Positions 48,106 through 59,433 of a DNA stretch of 64,000 nt are shown in pieces; position 1 is the first letter of the stretch, and every line of letters begins with the position of its first letter. A program made the position numbers and the translations under genes. Origin of the DNA: an uncultured bacterium (GTDB lineage Bacteria; Patescibacteriota; Minisyncoccia; Phycocordibacterales; CAIZLB01); the NCBI GenBank assembly GCA_903848795.1, contig CAINHC010000021.1:11309-75308 (forward strand), in the 5' to 3' direction. The notes under the pieces were generated by a model, which did not search any database, had not been told where the DNA came from, and saw only the letters and a list, made by a program, of their open reading frames with translations.

Positions 48106-51100
48106 TTAATTCCCCTCCAACAACCAATCTTCAAACACTCTAATTCCCTTGAGACTCGGATCGTAAGATTTTACATCTGGAAAATCCAAATTCATTATTT
48201 TGTCATATACGATACACACCAACTTTTTCAGTCTTTCATATTCATCGCCGAGCTCTTCATTGTTTAAATTTTTCAAATCCAAATCGAGTCCAATTATTTT
48301 ATTTTTCATCACCCCCTTCTCTGTTGTTTCTTTAATCGGTTCCACAAACTGCAGTAACCCCTTGGAGACTTTCATATTTTTATATCTTGCCGAATTCTCC
48401 ATCAACAACTTATAAAAGATTAATTGCCTTCTATAATTATTTAATTTAATTTTCTTATCTTCATCACTCGACTGCCAGCTAAATTCAGCCTTACCTGTTT
48501 TAAAATCAACCACTTCATATTCGTGATTTTGATTTTTGAATATTTTATCTATCTTTCCAGTCAGGTGTGCAATTCTGTTTTGTTCATCAGTAATTATAAC
48601 CCCCTCATTTCTGAAATCTACTTCGGACAAATCATCACCAGTAAAATCTTCGCTCTTTTGATCATAAAATGCAGACAATGATTCCTCACCCTTTTGTCTA
48701 TAATATTCATAATCCCTTGATGACATTCGTTCTTTCCTAAGGGCCGTTTCAAACCATTTGATTAGCTTTTGCTTTTCGGATTGCTTGCCATTATCAGATC
48801 GCTCGCCAGATTTTGCATTATCAAAGTCAGGCAAAGAGTCACCAAAAGTAACAATATTTCCTTCCTCATCCAGCTCCCCAACATCCTTACCCATTTTTTT
48901 AGAAACAATCAGACGCTCTATCGCTTTGTGAATTGCTGATCCATATGAGCTGACCAAAGTTTTAGCTTGAGGAAATCGGAGCAAGTTTTGTTCCAGGAAC
49001 GTTTGAGGCCCGCCCCTTTTAACATCCAAGAAATTATTCAAGTGGGTAACCGATAATTTGTAATCCTTAAGTGGAATCTTCAGCAACTCAATTTCTTCAC
49101 CAAAGAATGGAGGGGTGTTATATAGCAACCACGATGCTGTCAAAAACTCATGTGTCTCTGGACCATTATCCTCAATTGACTGATCTTCCTGATTATATAA
49201 TTTTTCCAAAATTGCTGGTGCTTTTTTATAATCAAAATCATTTGATGGAAGCAAGAAGCGAAGAATCGAAGATTCCTTTCCGGTCTCTGTAATTTTGTAT
49301 GATGTTAAATATAAATGTCGCTTTGCACGAGTTAGCGCAACATAGAACAATCTCATTTGATCCGTCTCATCATCGCCGGCTGGCTGAATTGGTAGGTTGA
49401 TTGGGAATGATATCTTATTACTTACCCCTCTACCCGCCCAAATATTATCTTGGCAAGATAGCACAAACACGGTATCAAACTCAAGGCCCTTCGCGCCGTG
49501 AGATGAAAGAAGATTCACTGCTTTTTCTCCACTAGCAAACGGACTCTCGTCGTTTAACGGCAAATGATTCTTTTGTCTAAGGTCGACGAATTTGATTAGG
49601 TCTTCTATTGTTAGATAATGGTAACTTACATCATTCAAATCGCCCCCTGAGATAGTTTCGTCATTCAATGCACGTTCACCAACATAATCACGAAGTGCGC
49701 GAATAAAAACTCGTAGACTCGAAAGAAATGAAAGATATTCCGCTCTTGAGTGTTCAAACTTTTCTTTATTGAAATAATAGTCTTTGAATGGTGAGGCGAT
49801 TTGCGACTTAGCGCTAGCTGTGCCGGTGGGGCCAGCAGCACCGGCGATGCCAGTAATACCAGTGATGCCAGTGACGTCCCCCTCAAAATTTTCACCCCCT
49901 TTTGCAAAATTGACGGTTTTTCCGTCAGATTTACTATTAGAGGTAGAACTTTCGATGGCAGAAAAACCTTTATTTTCAGCTCCTTTTCCATCTTCATCCC
50001 CATATTCACCCCCATATTCGTCTTCACTCTCCGCAACCAAAACAACGTGTGCACCAATTATAATATCCAAGACTTTTTCAAGTGGTTCGTGCAAAGATTT
50101 ATTTGCAATATCAATTAGAAAATGTGCAATGTCGGAAACCTTATGGGGTGCTTTGGCTGAATCCCCCTTGTATTCCAACATAACTTCTAGCCAAGTTCTC
50201 CTGCTCTCATACGCTTCCTTAGAAATCTCCCAAACGGTTTGGCGGCCTAATTGCCAAAATGGAAAACTTAAAATCTGTGGCAAATAATTATCTGCTTCAA
50301 TTGCGTCCTTGCGTGAGAGGCTGGCAATGAATCTTGAAATAATAATTATCTGCATTACGTGAGGTTCTAGAAAAACATTTTGCTCACGTTTGTATCTGAT
50401 TGGAACATTCACACCCTTCAAGTATGGCACCAAGCTCTCCAAACCGTCATGTTTCCTCGCAATCACAGCGATATCTTCTGGGCTTGTACCATTGTCTATT
50501 AATTCCCTTATCTTCCTAGATACAAAATGATATTCTTCCAATGATGTCCTGAACTTTTTATTTACAATCTCCCCATTGGTCAATCCTTCCCCTGATGATT
50601 TCAGACTTTTTTCAATTTTATAAAGCGTTTCAAGACGCCCACTCCCTTTTCTAATTATGTGAGTTGCGATATCCAACACATCCTGAGTTGATCTATAATT
50701 GTCTGTCATTGTAACAATCTCCACATCGACGAACATTCTTCTGAAATTTAGAATATTGGAAAGCTCAGCGCCTTGGAATTTATAAACCGCCTGATCGTCA
50801 TCGCCCACAACCATGACATTTGGTCGTCCCTCATTTACCGGAGCATTCAAAATCAAATTCACCAACTTCATCTGTGCGTTATTTGTATCCTGAAACTCAT
50901 CCACCAAAACGTATTGATATTGCTCCTGCAATTCAAACTTCAGACGAGGATGCTTCTCGATTGCTTCAATTGCATCAAGAATCATATCGTCAAAGTCAAA
51001 AAAGGCCTTGTTTGTCATCTTCTTTCGATACAAATCATAAACATCAGCCAATATCTCCATTTTATCTTCATCTAATATTTCCTTGAGAGTTTTTGTACCA

Positions 51101-51936
51101 TCGTCTCGCATCTTCAAATACTTAGTTTTCCAAGTTGAGATTTGGGTGTTTTTGCCTTCATCTGCTATAGCATCGGCGAGAGCGCTTTGAAGTGAATTTG
51201 CATAGGAAGCGAGAATTGGTAAAAATATTGAATTATCCTGTGGAAATGGATCCTCTTTATTCTCGAGCTCTGCTGACTTAAACAATTCCGCCACTGTGTT
51301 TTTAACAAGCTCCAAGGCGTCCTTTCCGAGACGCCCCTCAAATGCAGGAACGACTATTTTCTCCGCACGGCGTGCCGATCGCTTATTGTGTGCGATAATC
51401 TTTCTAAATTCATCTGGTGTGATTCCTGATTTTTTGAGATGCTCTATTCGCTTTTTTGCATCAGATAAATATGAAAAACCCTTTTCCTCATGATAACTAT
51501 CGCGGAAAAGATTTCCTTGAGGTAAACTGTAGAAAATATCTTCAAGAATTCTAACTTGAGTCAAAGAATCGGCCGGAGTAAATTGTGTGCCTTTATAAAA
51601 ATATTCTGGATATTTTTGAATGATATTTATACAAAAGCTATGGAAGGTATGAATGGAAACTCTATAGGCTTCATTGCCAATTAGACGCGATAGACGATCT
51701 CGCATGTTTGATGAAGCTGCATCAGTGAACGTCATACACAAAATGTTGGATGGCAAAACCTGAGTCTTTACAAGAATCTGCGCAACACGCAAAGAGAGTA
51801 TTTCTGTCTTTCCAGATCCAGGCCCTGCAACAACCAGTAGCGGTCCATCAATGGTATCCACCGCTTTTTTCTGTTGTTTGTTCAACTTATTATATCTCTC
51901 CTCAAATTTACTTTGAGCTGGATTTGCGTTTTTCAT
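48106..51936 (-). CDS. UvrD/PcrA-type SF1 helicase fused to a C-terminal PD-(D/E)xK (RecB/AddA-like) nuclease domain, with an internal low-complexity insertion
   Basis: Walker A LLVVAGPGSGKTEIL; DEFQDTN (motif II); C-terminal nuclease-like D...DFKTGK...YRRQLIFYKLL; insertion EDEYGGEYGDEDGKG...GDVTGITGITGIAGAAGPTGTASAKS. Confidence 0.75.
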   Translation of the reverse strand: MKNANPAQSKFEERYNKLNKQQKKAVDTIDGPLLVVAGPGSGKTEILSLRVAQILVKTQVLPSNILCMTFTDAASSNMRDRLSRLIGNEAYRVSIHTFHSFCINIIQKYPEYFYKGTQFTPADSLTQVRILEDIFYSLPQGNLFRDSYHEEKGFSYLSDAKKRIEHLKKSGITPDEFRKIIAHNKRSARRAEKIVVPAFEGRLGKDALELVKNTVAELFKSAELENKEDPFPQDNSIFLPILASYANSLQSALADAIADEGKNTQISTWKTKYLKMRDDGTKTLKEILDEDKMEILADVYDLYRKKMTNKAFFDFDDMILDAIEAIEKHPRLKFELQEQYQYVLVDEFQDTNNAQMKLVNLILNAPVNEGRPNVMVVGDDDQAVYKFQGAELSNILNFRRMFVDVEIVTMTDNYRSTQDVLDIATHIIRKGSGRLETLYKIEKSLKSSGEGLTNGEIVNKKFRTSLEEYHFVSRKIRELIDNGTSPEDIAVIARKHDGLESLVPYLKGVNVPIRYKREQNVFLEPHVMQIIIISRFIASLSRKDAIEADNYLPQILSFPFWQLGRQTVWEISKEAYESRRTWLEVMLEYKGDSAKAPHKVSDIAHFLIDIANKSLHEPLEKVLDIIIGAHVVLVAESEDEYGGEYGDEDGKGAENKGFSAIESSTSNSKSDGKTVNFAKGGENFEGDVTGITGITGIAGAAGPTGTASAKSQIASPFKDYYFNKEKFEHSRAEYLSFLSSLRVFIRALRDYVGERALNDETISGGDLNDVSYHYLTIEDLIKFVDLRQKNHLPLNDESPFASGEKAVNLLSSHGAKGLEFDTVFVLSCQDNIWAGRGVSNKISFPINLPIQPAGDDETDQMRLFYVALTRAKRHLYLTSYKITETGKESSILRFLLPSNDFDYKKAPAILEKLYNQEDQSIEDNGPETHEFLTASWLLYNTPPFFGEEIELLKIPLKDYKLSVTHLNNFLDVKRGGPQTFLEQNLLRFPQAKTLVSSYGSAIHKAIERLIVSKKMGKDVGELDEEGNIVTFGDSLPDFDNAKSGERSDNGKQSEKQKLIKWFETALRKERMSSRDYEYYRQKGEESLSAFYDQKSEDFTGDDLSEVDFRNEGVIITDEQNRIAHLTGKIDKIFKNQNHEYEVVDFKTGKAEFSWQSSDEDKKIKLNNYRRQLIFYKLLMENSARYKNMKVSKGLLQFVEPIKETTEKGVMKNKIIGLDLDLKNLNNEELGDEYERLKKLVCIVYDKIMNLDFPDVKSYDPSLKGIRVFEDWLLEGN

Positions 51937-52072
51937 AGGTAGATTATAGCAGTTTTTGGGAGTTTTTTCATAGGCACTTTAATCAAGGCACTTTGATCAA
52001 ATATTTCTTGATAAAATGACAAACAGCAAAAAACCAGCCCTGAATTCGCGGCTGGCTTTTTGAGACTCTTAT

Positions 52073-53539
52073 CTAGTAATTCTTCAATCTATTCACCTTA
52101 TCGTGTTGCCTAATCTTCTCATGAGCTTTTGCTTCAATTTGCCTAATACGCTCACGAGTCACACCAAACATTTTTCCAACCTCCTCAAGCGTGTGCTGAA
52201 TTCCATCAGCCAGACCGTGACGTAACATTAGAATTTCACGTTCCTTCTCTGATAGGTCGCCAAGAATTTCCTTAACCTGATCTGCTAAGATTCTGCGCGA
52301 TGCTTCTTGATCGGGTGAGAGAATTTTATCATCTGGAATAAAGTCTCCAAATGTTGACTTATCATCATCATCTCCAACTGAGGCATCAAGAGAAACTGTT
52401 GTCTGATCTATTTTTTCAATTGTATAAATCTTTTCAACATCAATTCCCATTTCCATTGCGATTTCTTCTGGCAATGGATCACGTCCCAGGTCTTGAGTAA
52501 GACGTCTTAAAACTTGCTTATACTTTGCGATTGTCTCAACCATGTGAACAGGAACTCTAATTGTTCTTGATTGATCGGCAAGTGCACGAGTGATTGATTG
52601 TCTAATCCACCATGTAGCGTAGGTTGAAAACTTAAATCCCTTGGACCAGTCAAACTTATCTACGGCCTTAAATAAGCCTATATTTCCCTCTTGAATCAAA
52701 TCAAGAAGCGTTAGATCAGGACTTCTGTTTGCATATTTTTTAGCAATAGAAACAACAAGACGAAGGTTTGCTTTTGCAAGTAATCCTTCTGCCTCTTTAT
52801 CTCCATTTGCAATTCTTTTTGCCAATTCCTTTTCTTCAGAACCATTGATAAGTGGGTACTGTCCAATCTCCTTAAGATACATTTGAATTGAATCATAATT
52901 TGAATCATTTTTACTGATTGCATATTTCTTCAACAAATTATCCTCTTGATTATTTACATCAAGCATTCCTCCACCTTCAAGAACATCGATTCCTGCTGTT
53001 TGTAATTTCTCATACAAAACATCCAAGAACATTATATCCTCTTCAATATTTGGAAACTCCTTCAGAATCTCATCATATGTAACGAAGCCTCGATCACGTC
53101 CACGGGTTAGTAAAATCGCTGCCCTCTCCTCCCATGTGCTAGTCTTATTTTTTGCACCACTGTGAGTTGAATGAAAAGCAGACTTATCTGTTTTTTTCAA
53201 AACCTTGACAGCAACTTTTTTAACCTTTTCTTTTTTTGGAGCTGGAGCTTTGGCAACGGTCGCTTTTTTTATAGGCGCGACTTTCGCCACCTTAGCAGGT
53301 CTTTTCTCCACCTTTTTTGTTTCTTTGTTTGTTGCTTTAGAAGTTTTTTTAATCAATTTGTTTTTTTTATTTAAATTTGTATTTTTATTTTTGTTTGTAT
53401 TTTTATTTGAAACAGATTTTGTCACCTTTGACACCTTTATCTTATTTTTTAAAACAGTTTTTGTTTTTGTGACGCCTTTTTTTGTAGCGTTTTTAGTTGA
53501 AACCTTATTCAATTTTATATTTTTTGCATTCTTTGGCAT
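52073..53539 (-). CDS. rpoD: RNA polymerase sigma-70 factor with ~140-aa Lys-rich N-terminal extension
   Basis: Region 2 [40 protein letters not shown]; regions 3 and 4 present ([22 protein letters not shown]). Confidence 0.9.
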   Translation of the reverse strand: MPKNAKNIKLNKVSTKNATKKGVTKTKTVLKNKIKVSKVTKSVSNKNTNKNKNTNLNKKNKLIKKTSKATNKETKKVEKRPAKVAKVAPIKKATVAKAPAPKKEKVKKVAVKVLKKTDKSAFHSTHSGAKNKTSTWEERAAILLTRGRDRGFVTYDEILKEFPNIEEDIMFLDVLYEKLQTAGIDVLEGGGMLDVNNQEDNLLKKYAISKNDSNYDSIQMYLKEIGQYPLINGSEEKELAKRIANGDKEAEGLLAKANLRLVVSIAKKYANRSPDLTLLDLIQEGNIGLFKAVDKFDWSKGFKFSTYATWWIRQSITRALADQSRTIRVPVHMVETIAKYKQVLRRLTQDLGRDPLPEEIAMEMGIDVEKIYTIEKIDQTTVSLDASVGDDDDKSTFGDFIPDDKILSPDQEASRRILADQVKEILGDLSEKEREILMLRHGLADGIQHTLEEVGKMFGVTRERIRQIEAKAHEKIRQHDKVNRLKNY

Positions 53540-53636
53540 AACACCATTTGTTTACAGAAATCATATCATAATATAATAAATTTTCCATCCCTTTAGGTTA
53601 ATTAATCTTAATTAACCCTCGGACATTCCAAATTTA

Positions 53637-55556
53637 TTATCCATACAATTTCTTTTTTCTTTGCACATCTGATAATTTTAGAGAAATAGTTTGGCACTCT
53701 TTCAAAATTTCCATTGCCTCCTCTCTCTTTTGTAATTTTTCCATCTTGTTCAAATTATTCATTAGAACTGAGAGAGTTTGCTTTAGCGCACGCTCTTCAA
53801 TTTCTAATAATAATTCTTCGATGTCCACATCAAGTTTTGAGCTACCTGCAAACAACACCTCCGCTTCGAAAGAAAGCTCTGTAGGGGAAGTTGATATTCT
53901 TTCGTCAAAATAGTTTTTACTATACTTATCTAAGAAAGTTTCAGCCCTCTTCTCCACCTCCCCGGCCTTTGTCAGATTGGATGAGTCTTTAAGCCACAGA
54001 ATCAGACCTATTAATCGATCTAAAGTTTTTTTGTCGCTATCGCTAAGTTCATCGATTCCCTTGATTATTGAATGATCGGAAGTAGTTTCGTTTCCAGCAT
54101 GACCCTGACCGTCGCCATTATGACCGATTGCACCACCTACACCACTCGATGAGCCGTTCTGTGGACCATTCTTCTCCGTCAACCTCATCTTGACCATCAA
54201 CCTCTCCAACTCCGCACGCAAATCCGCTTCATGAATATCAGTTCTGATACTAATTCGATTAATAAAGTGCGCTCTATCAATTGAACTTTCTATTGCAAGA
54301 ACGTAAGGAAGAACTTCAACCTCAACTGCCTTCCATAATTCTCTTCCAGTCAATCCTTCTCGTTCCAAGATATCAAGATAAAAATCAATAATATGTTTTG
54401 CATTTTTCAGGCATGATTTGAATTTTTCTTTATCACTTAGAATTAGTGACGCTGGATCCTCCCCTTTTGGAAGTGCAACAATCTTCACATCCATCCCCAG
54501 TGACAATGCCAACTCCCACGCACGTAGTGACGCCTTAAGTCCTGCCTTATCAGCATCATAAACAATCATCGTATTGTCAGTCAGTCTTTTAATCTTTTCC
54601 AAATGAAGTGCAGTGAGCGATGTTCCTGATGTTGCAACTGTATTATTGAATCCTGCTTGATGCGCCATTAGCATATCAAGTTGACCTTCAACTAATATTG
54701 CATAACCAAATTTCCTTATACCTTCTTTTGCTCTATGATATCCATAAAGAATCTCTGATTTGTTAAACAAAACACCATCGGGACTGTTCAAATATTTTGG
54801 TGGCTCTCTATTTTCATCGGTGTTTTGAGAAGTTGAAGCGCCGGCTTGGCCAGATGTCTGGCCAGGCGATTGTACAGCAGATGAAGTCGCCGATTCCGTT
54901 ACTGGAAACTTTATAAACCTTCCTGAATACCCAATCACTCTTCCTGACGAATCAAAAAGCGGAAACATTATTCTCTCCCTGAATCTATCATAAACACTTG
55001 TTCCAGTTTGTTTGATCAAACCCACCTTCTCCATTTCTGTATTTCCGATATTCTTTGAGCGGAGATAATCGCCAAGACTCCTCCATTCATTCGATGCTAG
55101 ACCAATTCTCCATGTCAGAATTGTATCCTCTGTTAATCCCCTGCCTAACAAATAATCATGAGCAAATTTTGCAGAAGGATTTTTGTTTAATTGATCTTCG
55201 TAGAAAACAGTTGCAACCTCCAAAACGGCACGCAACTTATCCAATTCAGAATCTTTACTTCTATCATGTTGAAATTGTGCAAGCTCCACCCCAGCCTTTT
55301 CAGCCAATATTTTAAGCGCGCCAAGGAAATCTATTTTTTCAAATTCTTCTACGAATGTAAAAATGTCTCCCTTAGCTCCACATCCAAAACAATAATAATT
55401 ATTTCTTGCAGGCGAGATAAAGAAAGATGGAGTTTTTTCATTATGAAAAGGACAGCGCGCCTTGTAATTTGCGCCTGTCTTTTCAATTTTTATGTAAGCT
55501 CCAACAACATCTGCGATGCCGAGCCTTTCTTTAATTGTTTGAGCAGCTGATGACAT
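53637..55556 (-). CDS. dnaG: DNA primase with Ser/Gly-rich low-complexity insertions
   Basis: Zinc ribbon CPFHNEKTPSFFISPARNNYYCFGCGAKGD; TOPRIM ILVEGQLDML ... DADKAG. Confidence 0.85.
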   Translation of the reverse strand: MSSAAQTIKERLGIADVVGAYIKIEKTGANYKARCPFHNEKTPSFFISPARNNYYCFGCGAKGDIFTFVEEFEKIDFLGALKILAEKAGVELAQFQHDRSKDSELDKLRAVLEVATVFYEDQLNKNPSAKFAHDYLLGRGLTEDTILTWRIGLASNEWRSLGDYLRSKNIGNTEMEKVGLIKQTGTSVYDRFRERIMFPLFDSSGRVIGYSGRFIKFPVTESATSSAVQSPGQTSGQAGASTSQNTDENREPPKYLNSPDGVLFNKSEILYGYHRAKEGIRKFGYAILVEGQLDMLMAHQAGFNNTVATSGTSLTALHLEKIKRLTDNTMIVYDADKAGLKASLRAWELALSLGMDVKIVALPKGEDPASLILSDKEKFKSCLKNAKHIIDFYLDILEREGLTGRELWKAVEVEVLPYVLAIESSIDRAHFINRISIRTDIHEADLRAELERLMVKMRLTEKNGPQNGSSSGVGGAIGHNGDGQGHAGNETTSDHSIIKGIDELSDSDKKTLDRLIGLILWLKDSSNLTKAGEVEKRAETFLDKYSKNYFDERISTSPTELSFEAEVLFAGSSKLDVDIEELLLEIEERALKQTLSVLMNNLNKMEKLQKREEAMEILKECQTISLKLSDVQRKKKLYG

Positions 55557-55715
55557 TTATTTTTATTTTTTATGTGACCTAGCCCATACACCTACGTTAA
55601 TCTGCAGCGCAGGTCTTGGTACCCTTACCTTGGACCCACCCTCATGTTTACTACGTTTAACATCTACACCCCACACTACACCACATTTCTGCGGACTCGC
55701 ATGGGGTCAGACCCC

Positions 55716-58700
55716 TTATTCCAAGAATCCCTCTTCCTCCAAAACTATCTCACGTAGCTTCTCAATCATTTTCCACTTCTCGCTTCCCTTGAATCCTGAA
55801 CCGGCTGGAATCAATCTTCCGATAATTACGTTTTCCATAATTCCATATAGTGGATCCTTTTGTGCCTTAAGTGATGCGTTGATAAGCATTCTGTTTGTGT
55901 GTTGGAATGAAGCGGCTGAGAGGAAGCTTCTTCTTGTAAGTGAGGCTTCTGTAATACCAAGTACAATAGGATCGCCCTTTGCCTCGATAAACTCTCCTCC
56001 CTTTACAAGTTCCTTTACTCTTGCATTTTCTTGATCCAACTCGAATTGCTCAACAATATCTCCGACAGCAAATTGCGTGTCTCCAGCAACCTTAATCTTT
56101 ATACGTGAGAACATTTGGCGAACAATAATTTCGATGTGCTTTCTTGAAACATTTTCTCCCTGTAGTTCATAAATCTTCTTAACTTCAGAAATAATATACT
56201 CTTGTGTACGAGCTTGACCAGCATACTCGAACAAATCTTCGATACTTGCGTGACCGTCAGTTATAATGTCACCCTTTGAAACATGCTGTCCGATTTTGAC
56301 CAAAGCAACACGGGCATAGTGACATGAGAATTCAATCTCAGCTCCCTTCTTGCTTTTTGTAGGAACATCTGGAAGAAGCTTAAAGATTTTTTCTTTTCCA
56401 ACTTCTCTGATGTCTGTAATCATACCATCGTGTGATACAACAACCGCAGCGTTCTTTGGATTTCTCTTTTCGAAAATTTCTTCAACACGAGGAAGTCCAG
56501 CTGTGATGTCTCCTCCAACGATAGCAACTCCTCCTGAGTGGAAAGTACGCATAGTTAGCTGTGTTCCTGGCTCTCCAACGGCTTGTGCGGCAATTGTTCC
56601 TACAGCTTCTCCTGTCTCAACAAGTGCACCACGTCCAAGATCAGATCCATAACACATTCTACAAATTCCTCCTGGTGTCTTACATGAAAGTGGAGATCTA
56701 ACAAAAACTTCAGATATTCCTTGCTTATCAAGCAATTTTGCATCCTCCTTTGTAATCATGTGATTTCTCTTGAACAAAACTTCACCCTCGGCGTTCGAAA
56801 TATCCTTTGCAAGAACACGTCCAGTTGCAATCTTTAGCATTGTTAGACTAATTCCTGATGAACCAACTTTGTTCACAACGATTCCTTCTTTTGTTCCACA
56901 ATCCTCTTCTGTGATCATCACACTTTGCGCAACAACGAATAGCTTTCTAGTTAGATATCCTGACTTTGCAGTGTTTAGGGCTGTGTCAGTCATACCCTTT
57001 CTGGCACCGTGAGATGAGATGAAGTATTCAACTGGTGAAAATCCTTCTTTGAAAGATGAAATAATTGGAAGTTCCAATGTTTCTCCTTGAGCGTTTGCAA
57101 TAAGTCCGGCCATACCAACCATTTGGTTAAGCTGACCCATAGAACCTCTGGCACCTGAGATAACCATGTCATAAACTGGACCATTTTTATCCAATCCCTC
57201 TCCAACCAATTTCTCAATTTGAGATTTTGTATCTTGCCAAATAGAAACGTTCTTTCTGTGCTTCTCTTCCTTTGATAGAAGACCTTCATTATATTGCTCA
57301 AGAACCTCCAATGATTTTCCTTCTGCAATTTTTACAAGTTCAGCCTTACCTTCTGGAACGTTAATATCATCCATACTCCAAGTTACGCCAGACTCTGTTA
57401 GATATTTGAATCCAAAGTCCTTAAGCGCGTCGATGAATGGTGCAACCTTTCCAAGTCCTTGTTCTGTAATAATATCATCGATGATATTATTTAGAATTGA
57501 CTTTGTGATCTCCTTGTTTATAAATGGATGATTCACTGGCAAAACATTGTTGAACAATATTCTTCCGATACTTGTTTCAATCATCTTTCCTCTATCCTCT
57601 CCGTACTTCTCTTCATCAGGAGCAATAACATGAATTTTTGCTCTGTAAGAAAGTGCATTGAAGCTAAGTGCTTGAATAGCATCATCGATACTTCCATAGT
57701 AATTTCCTTCGCCTCTTTCTCCTTCTACAAATCTAGACATCCAGAATGATCCAAGAACAATATCCAAAAGCTTTGCCGTTACGGTTGGATCTCCTGATCC
57801 AGGCTTTAGAATGTTCTTATCAGCTGCCATGATTTCTTTAGCCTCCATTTGAGCTTCCTCTGAAAGTGGGACGTGAATGGCCATTGTATCTCCATCGAAG
57901 TCCGCGTTAAAAGGAGAACAAACTAGTGGGTGAAGTTGAATAGCATTTCCTTCAATAAGCACAGGTCTGAAAGCTTGAATTGAAAGACGGTGAAGTGTTG
58001 GAGCACGGTTTAGAAGAACATATTTCTCCTTAATAACGTTTTCAAGAATTGCCCAAACCTCAGGAATACCATCATCAATTAATCTTGATGCCCCCCTGAT
58101 GTTGAATGCCATCTCTTTCTTGATAAGTTCAGAAACAACGAATGGTCTGAACAACTCAAGTGCCATGTGCTTTGGAACTCCACATTGATCCAGTTTAAGA
58201 TTTGGACCAACAACGATAACAGAACGTCCTGAGTAATCAACGCGCTTTCCAAGAAGGTTTTGTCTAAACAATCCTCTCTTTCCCTTTAGGTTATCAGCGA
58301 GTGATTTAAGTGGACGTCTCTGCGCTGCGTTAAGACCTGCAAATGAAGCATTACCATGTCTGATTGTATTATCAATCAAGGCGTCAACTGCTTCTTGCAA
58401 GATACGCTTTTCATTTCTAAGAATAACATCAGGAGCATTAATTTCCTTTAGTTTCTTTAGACGATTGTTTCTGTTGATAACACGTCTGTATAGATCGTTA
58501 ACATCTGACGTTGCGTGACGGCCTCCTTCAAGGGCAACCATAGGACGAAGTGCTGCAGGAATAACAGGAAGTGCTGTTATAAACATCCACTCAGGACGAA
58601 TCTTTGAGCGAACCATTGACTTAACTAGAGCAAGTCTCTTAATCATTTTCTCACGATCTGCAGCGGAAACTTTTGTATAATCAACTTCTAATTGAACCAA

Positions 58701-59420
58701 AAGTTTTGACAAATCAAGATTTTTGAAAATATTAAATACTGCTTCAGCTCCAATTCCAGCTTCAAATGCTACACCAAAACGTAGTGAGAATTTATGATAT
58801 TGATTTTCATCCAAAACTCTACCAACCTGAATACTTTCAATGTCACGCTTTGCAGACATCAAAAGTTCAGTTAGAGCTTCCTTTGTTTTCTCATCTGTAA
58901 CTGTCTTAACTTTATTCTTAAACTCACCATCGAGCTCTTTAAGCAGTCTATTCTTTTCCTCCTCATTAACATTTGTTATCAAGTATCCAGCAAAGTATAT
59001 AACTTTCTCAACATCACCTTGACTCATTCCCAATACCTGAGCAACACGAGATGGCATTGTTCGGAGATACCAAATATGAGAAACAGGAACACAAAGTTCA
59101 ATGTGACCCATTCTCTCACGTCTTACAATTGAACGAGTTAATTCAACACCACATTTTTCACAAACAATTCCCTTGTATCTAATTCCCTTGTATTTTCCAC
59201 AATAACATTCCCAGTCTCTTTCAGGTCCAAAGATTTTCTCATCAAACAAACCATTTTTCTCACTTCTTTGAGTTCTATAGTTCATTGTCTCTGGCTTTGT
59301 AACCTCGCCATATGACCAATCTCTAACCTTATCAGGCGATGCAATTTTAAGAACGATAGATTCAAAATCATCTATTCCCTTTTCTTTATGTTTTGCGTTT
59401 AATGGATTTTTTATATTCAT
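55716..59420 (-). CDS. rpoC: DNA-directed RNA polymerase subunit beta'
   Basis: NADFDGDTMAIH catalytic loop and zinc-binding CGKYKG...CEKCGVE. Start set to the ATG at complement(59418..59420) (MNIKNPL...), which aligns with canonical rpoC N-termini and lies 13 nt after the rpoB stop. Confidence 0.9.
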   Translation of the reverse strand: MNIKNPLNAKHKEKGIDDFESIVLKIASPDKVRDWSYGEVTKPETMNYRTQRSEKNGLFDEKIFGPERDWECYCGKYKGIRYKGIVCEKCGVELTRSIVRRERMGHIELCVPVSHIWYLRTMPSRVAQVLGMSQGDVEKVIYFAGYLITNVNEEEKNRLLKELDGEFKNKVKTVTDEKTKEALTELLMSAKRDIESIQVGRVLDENQYHKFSLRFGVAFEAGIGAEAVFNIFKNLDLSKLLVQLEVDYTKVSAADREKMIKRLALVKSMVRSKIRPEWMFITALPVIPAALRPMVALEGGRHATSDVNDLYRRVINRNNRLKKLKEINAPDVILRNEKRILQEAVDALIDNTIRHGNASFAGLNAAQRRPLKSLADNLKGKRGLFRQNLLGKRVDYSGRSVIVVGPNLKLDQCGVPKHMALELFRPFVVSELIKKEMAFNIRGASRLIDDGIPEVWAILENVIKEKYVLLNRAPTLHRLSIQAFRPVLIEGNAIQLHPLVCSPFNADFDGDTMAIHVPLSEEAQMEAKEIMAADKNILKPGSGDPTVTAKLLDIVLGSFWMSRFVEGERGEGNYYGSIDDAIQALSFNALSYRAKIHVIAPDEEKYGEDRGKMIETSIGRILFNNVLPVNHPFINKEITKSILNNIIDDIITEQGLGKVAPFIDALKDFGFKYLTESGVTWSMDDINVPEGKAELVKIAEGKSLEVLEQYNEGLLSKEEKHRKNVSIWQDTKSQIEKLVGEGLDKNGPVYDMVISGARGSMGQLNQMVGMAGLIANAQGETLELPIISSFKEGFSPVEYFISSHGARKGMTDTALNTAKSGYLTRKLFVVAQSVMITEEDCGTKEGIVVNKVGSSGISLTMLKIATGRVLAKDISNAEGEVLFKRNHMITKEDAKLLDKQGISEVFVRSPLSCKTPGGICRMCYGSDLGRGALVETGEAVGTIAAQAVGEPGTQLTMRTFHSGGVAIVGGDITAGLPRVEEIFEKRNPKNAAVVVSHDGMITDIREVGKEKIFKLLPDVPTKSKKGAEIEFSCHYARVALVKIGQHVSKGDIITDGHASIEDLFEYAGQARTQEYIISEVKKIYELQGENVSRKHIEIIVRQMFSRIKIKVAGDTQFAVGDIVEQFELDQENARVKELVKGGEFIEAKGDPIVLGITEASLTRRSFLSAASFQHTNRMLINASLKAQKDPLYGIMENVIIGRLIPAGSGFKGSEKWKMIEKLREIVLEEEGFLE

Positions 59421-59433
59421 ATTAGTGGTTGAA

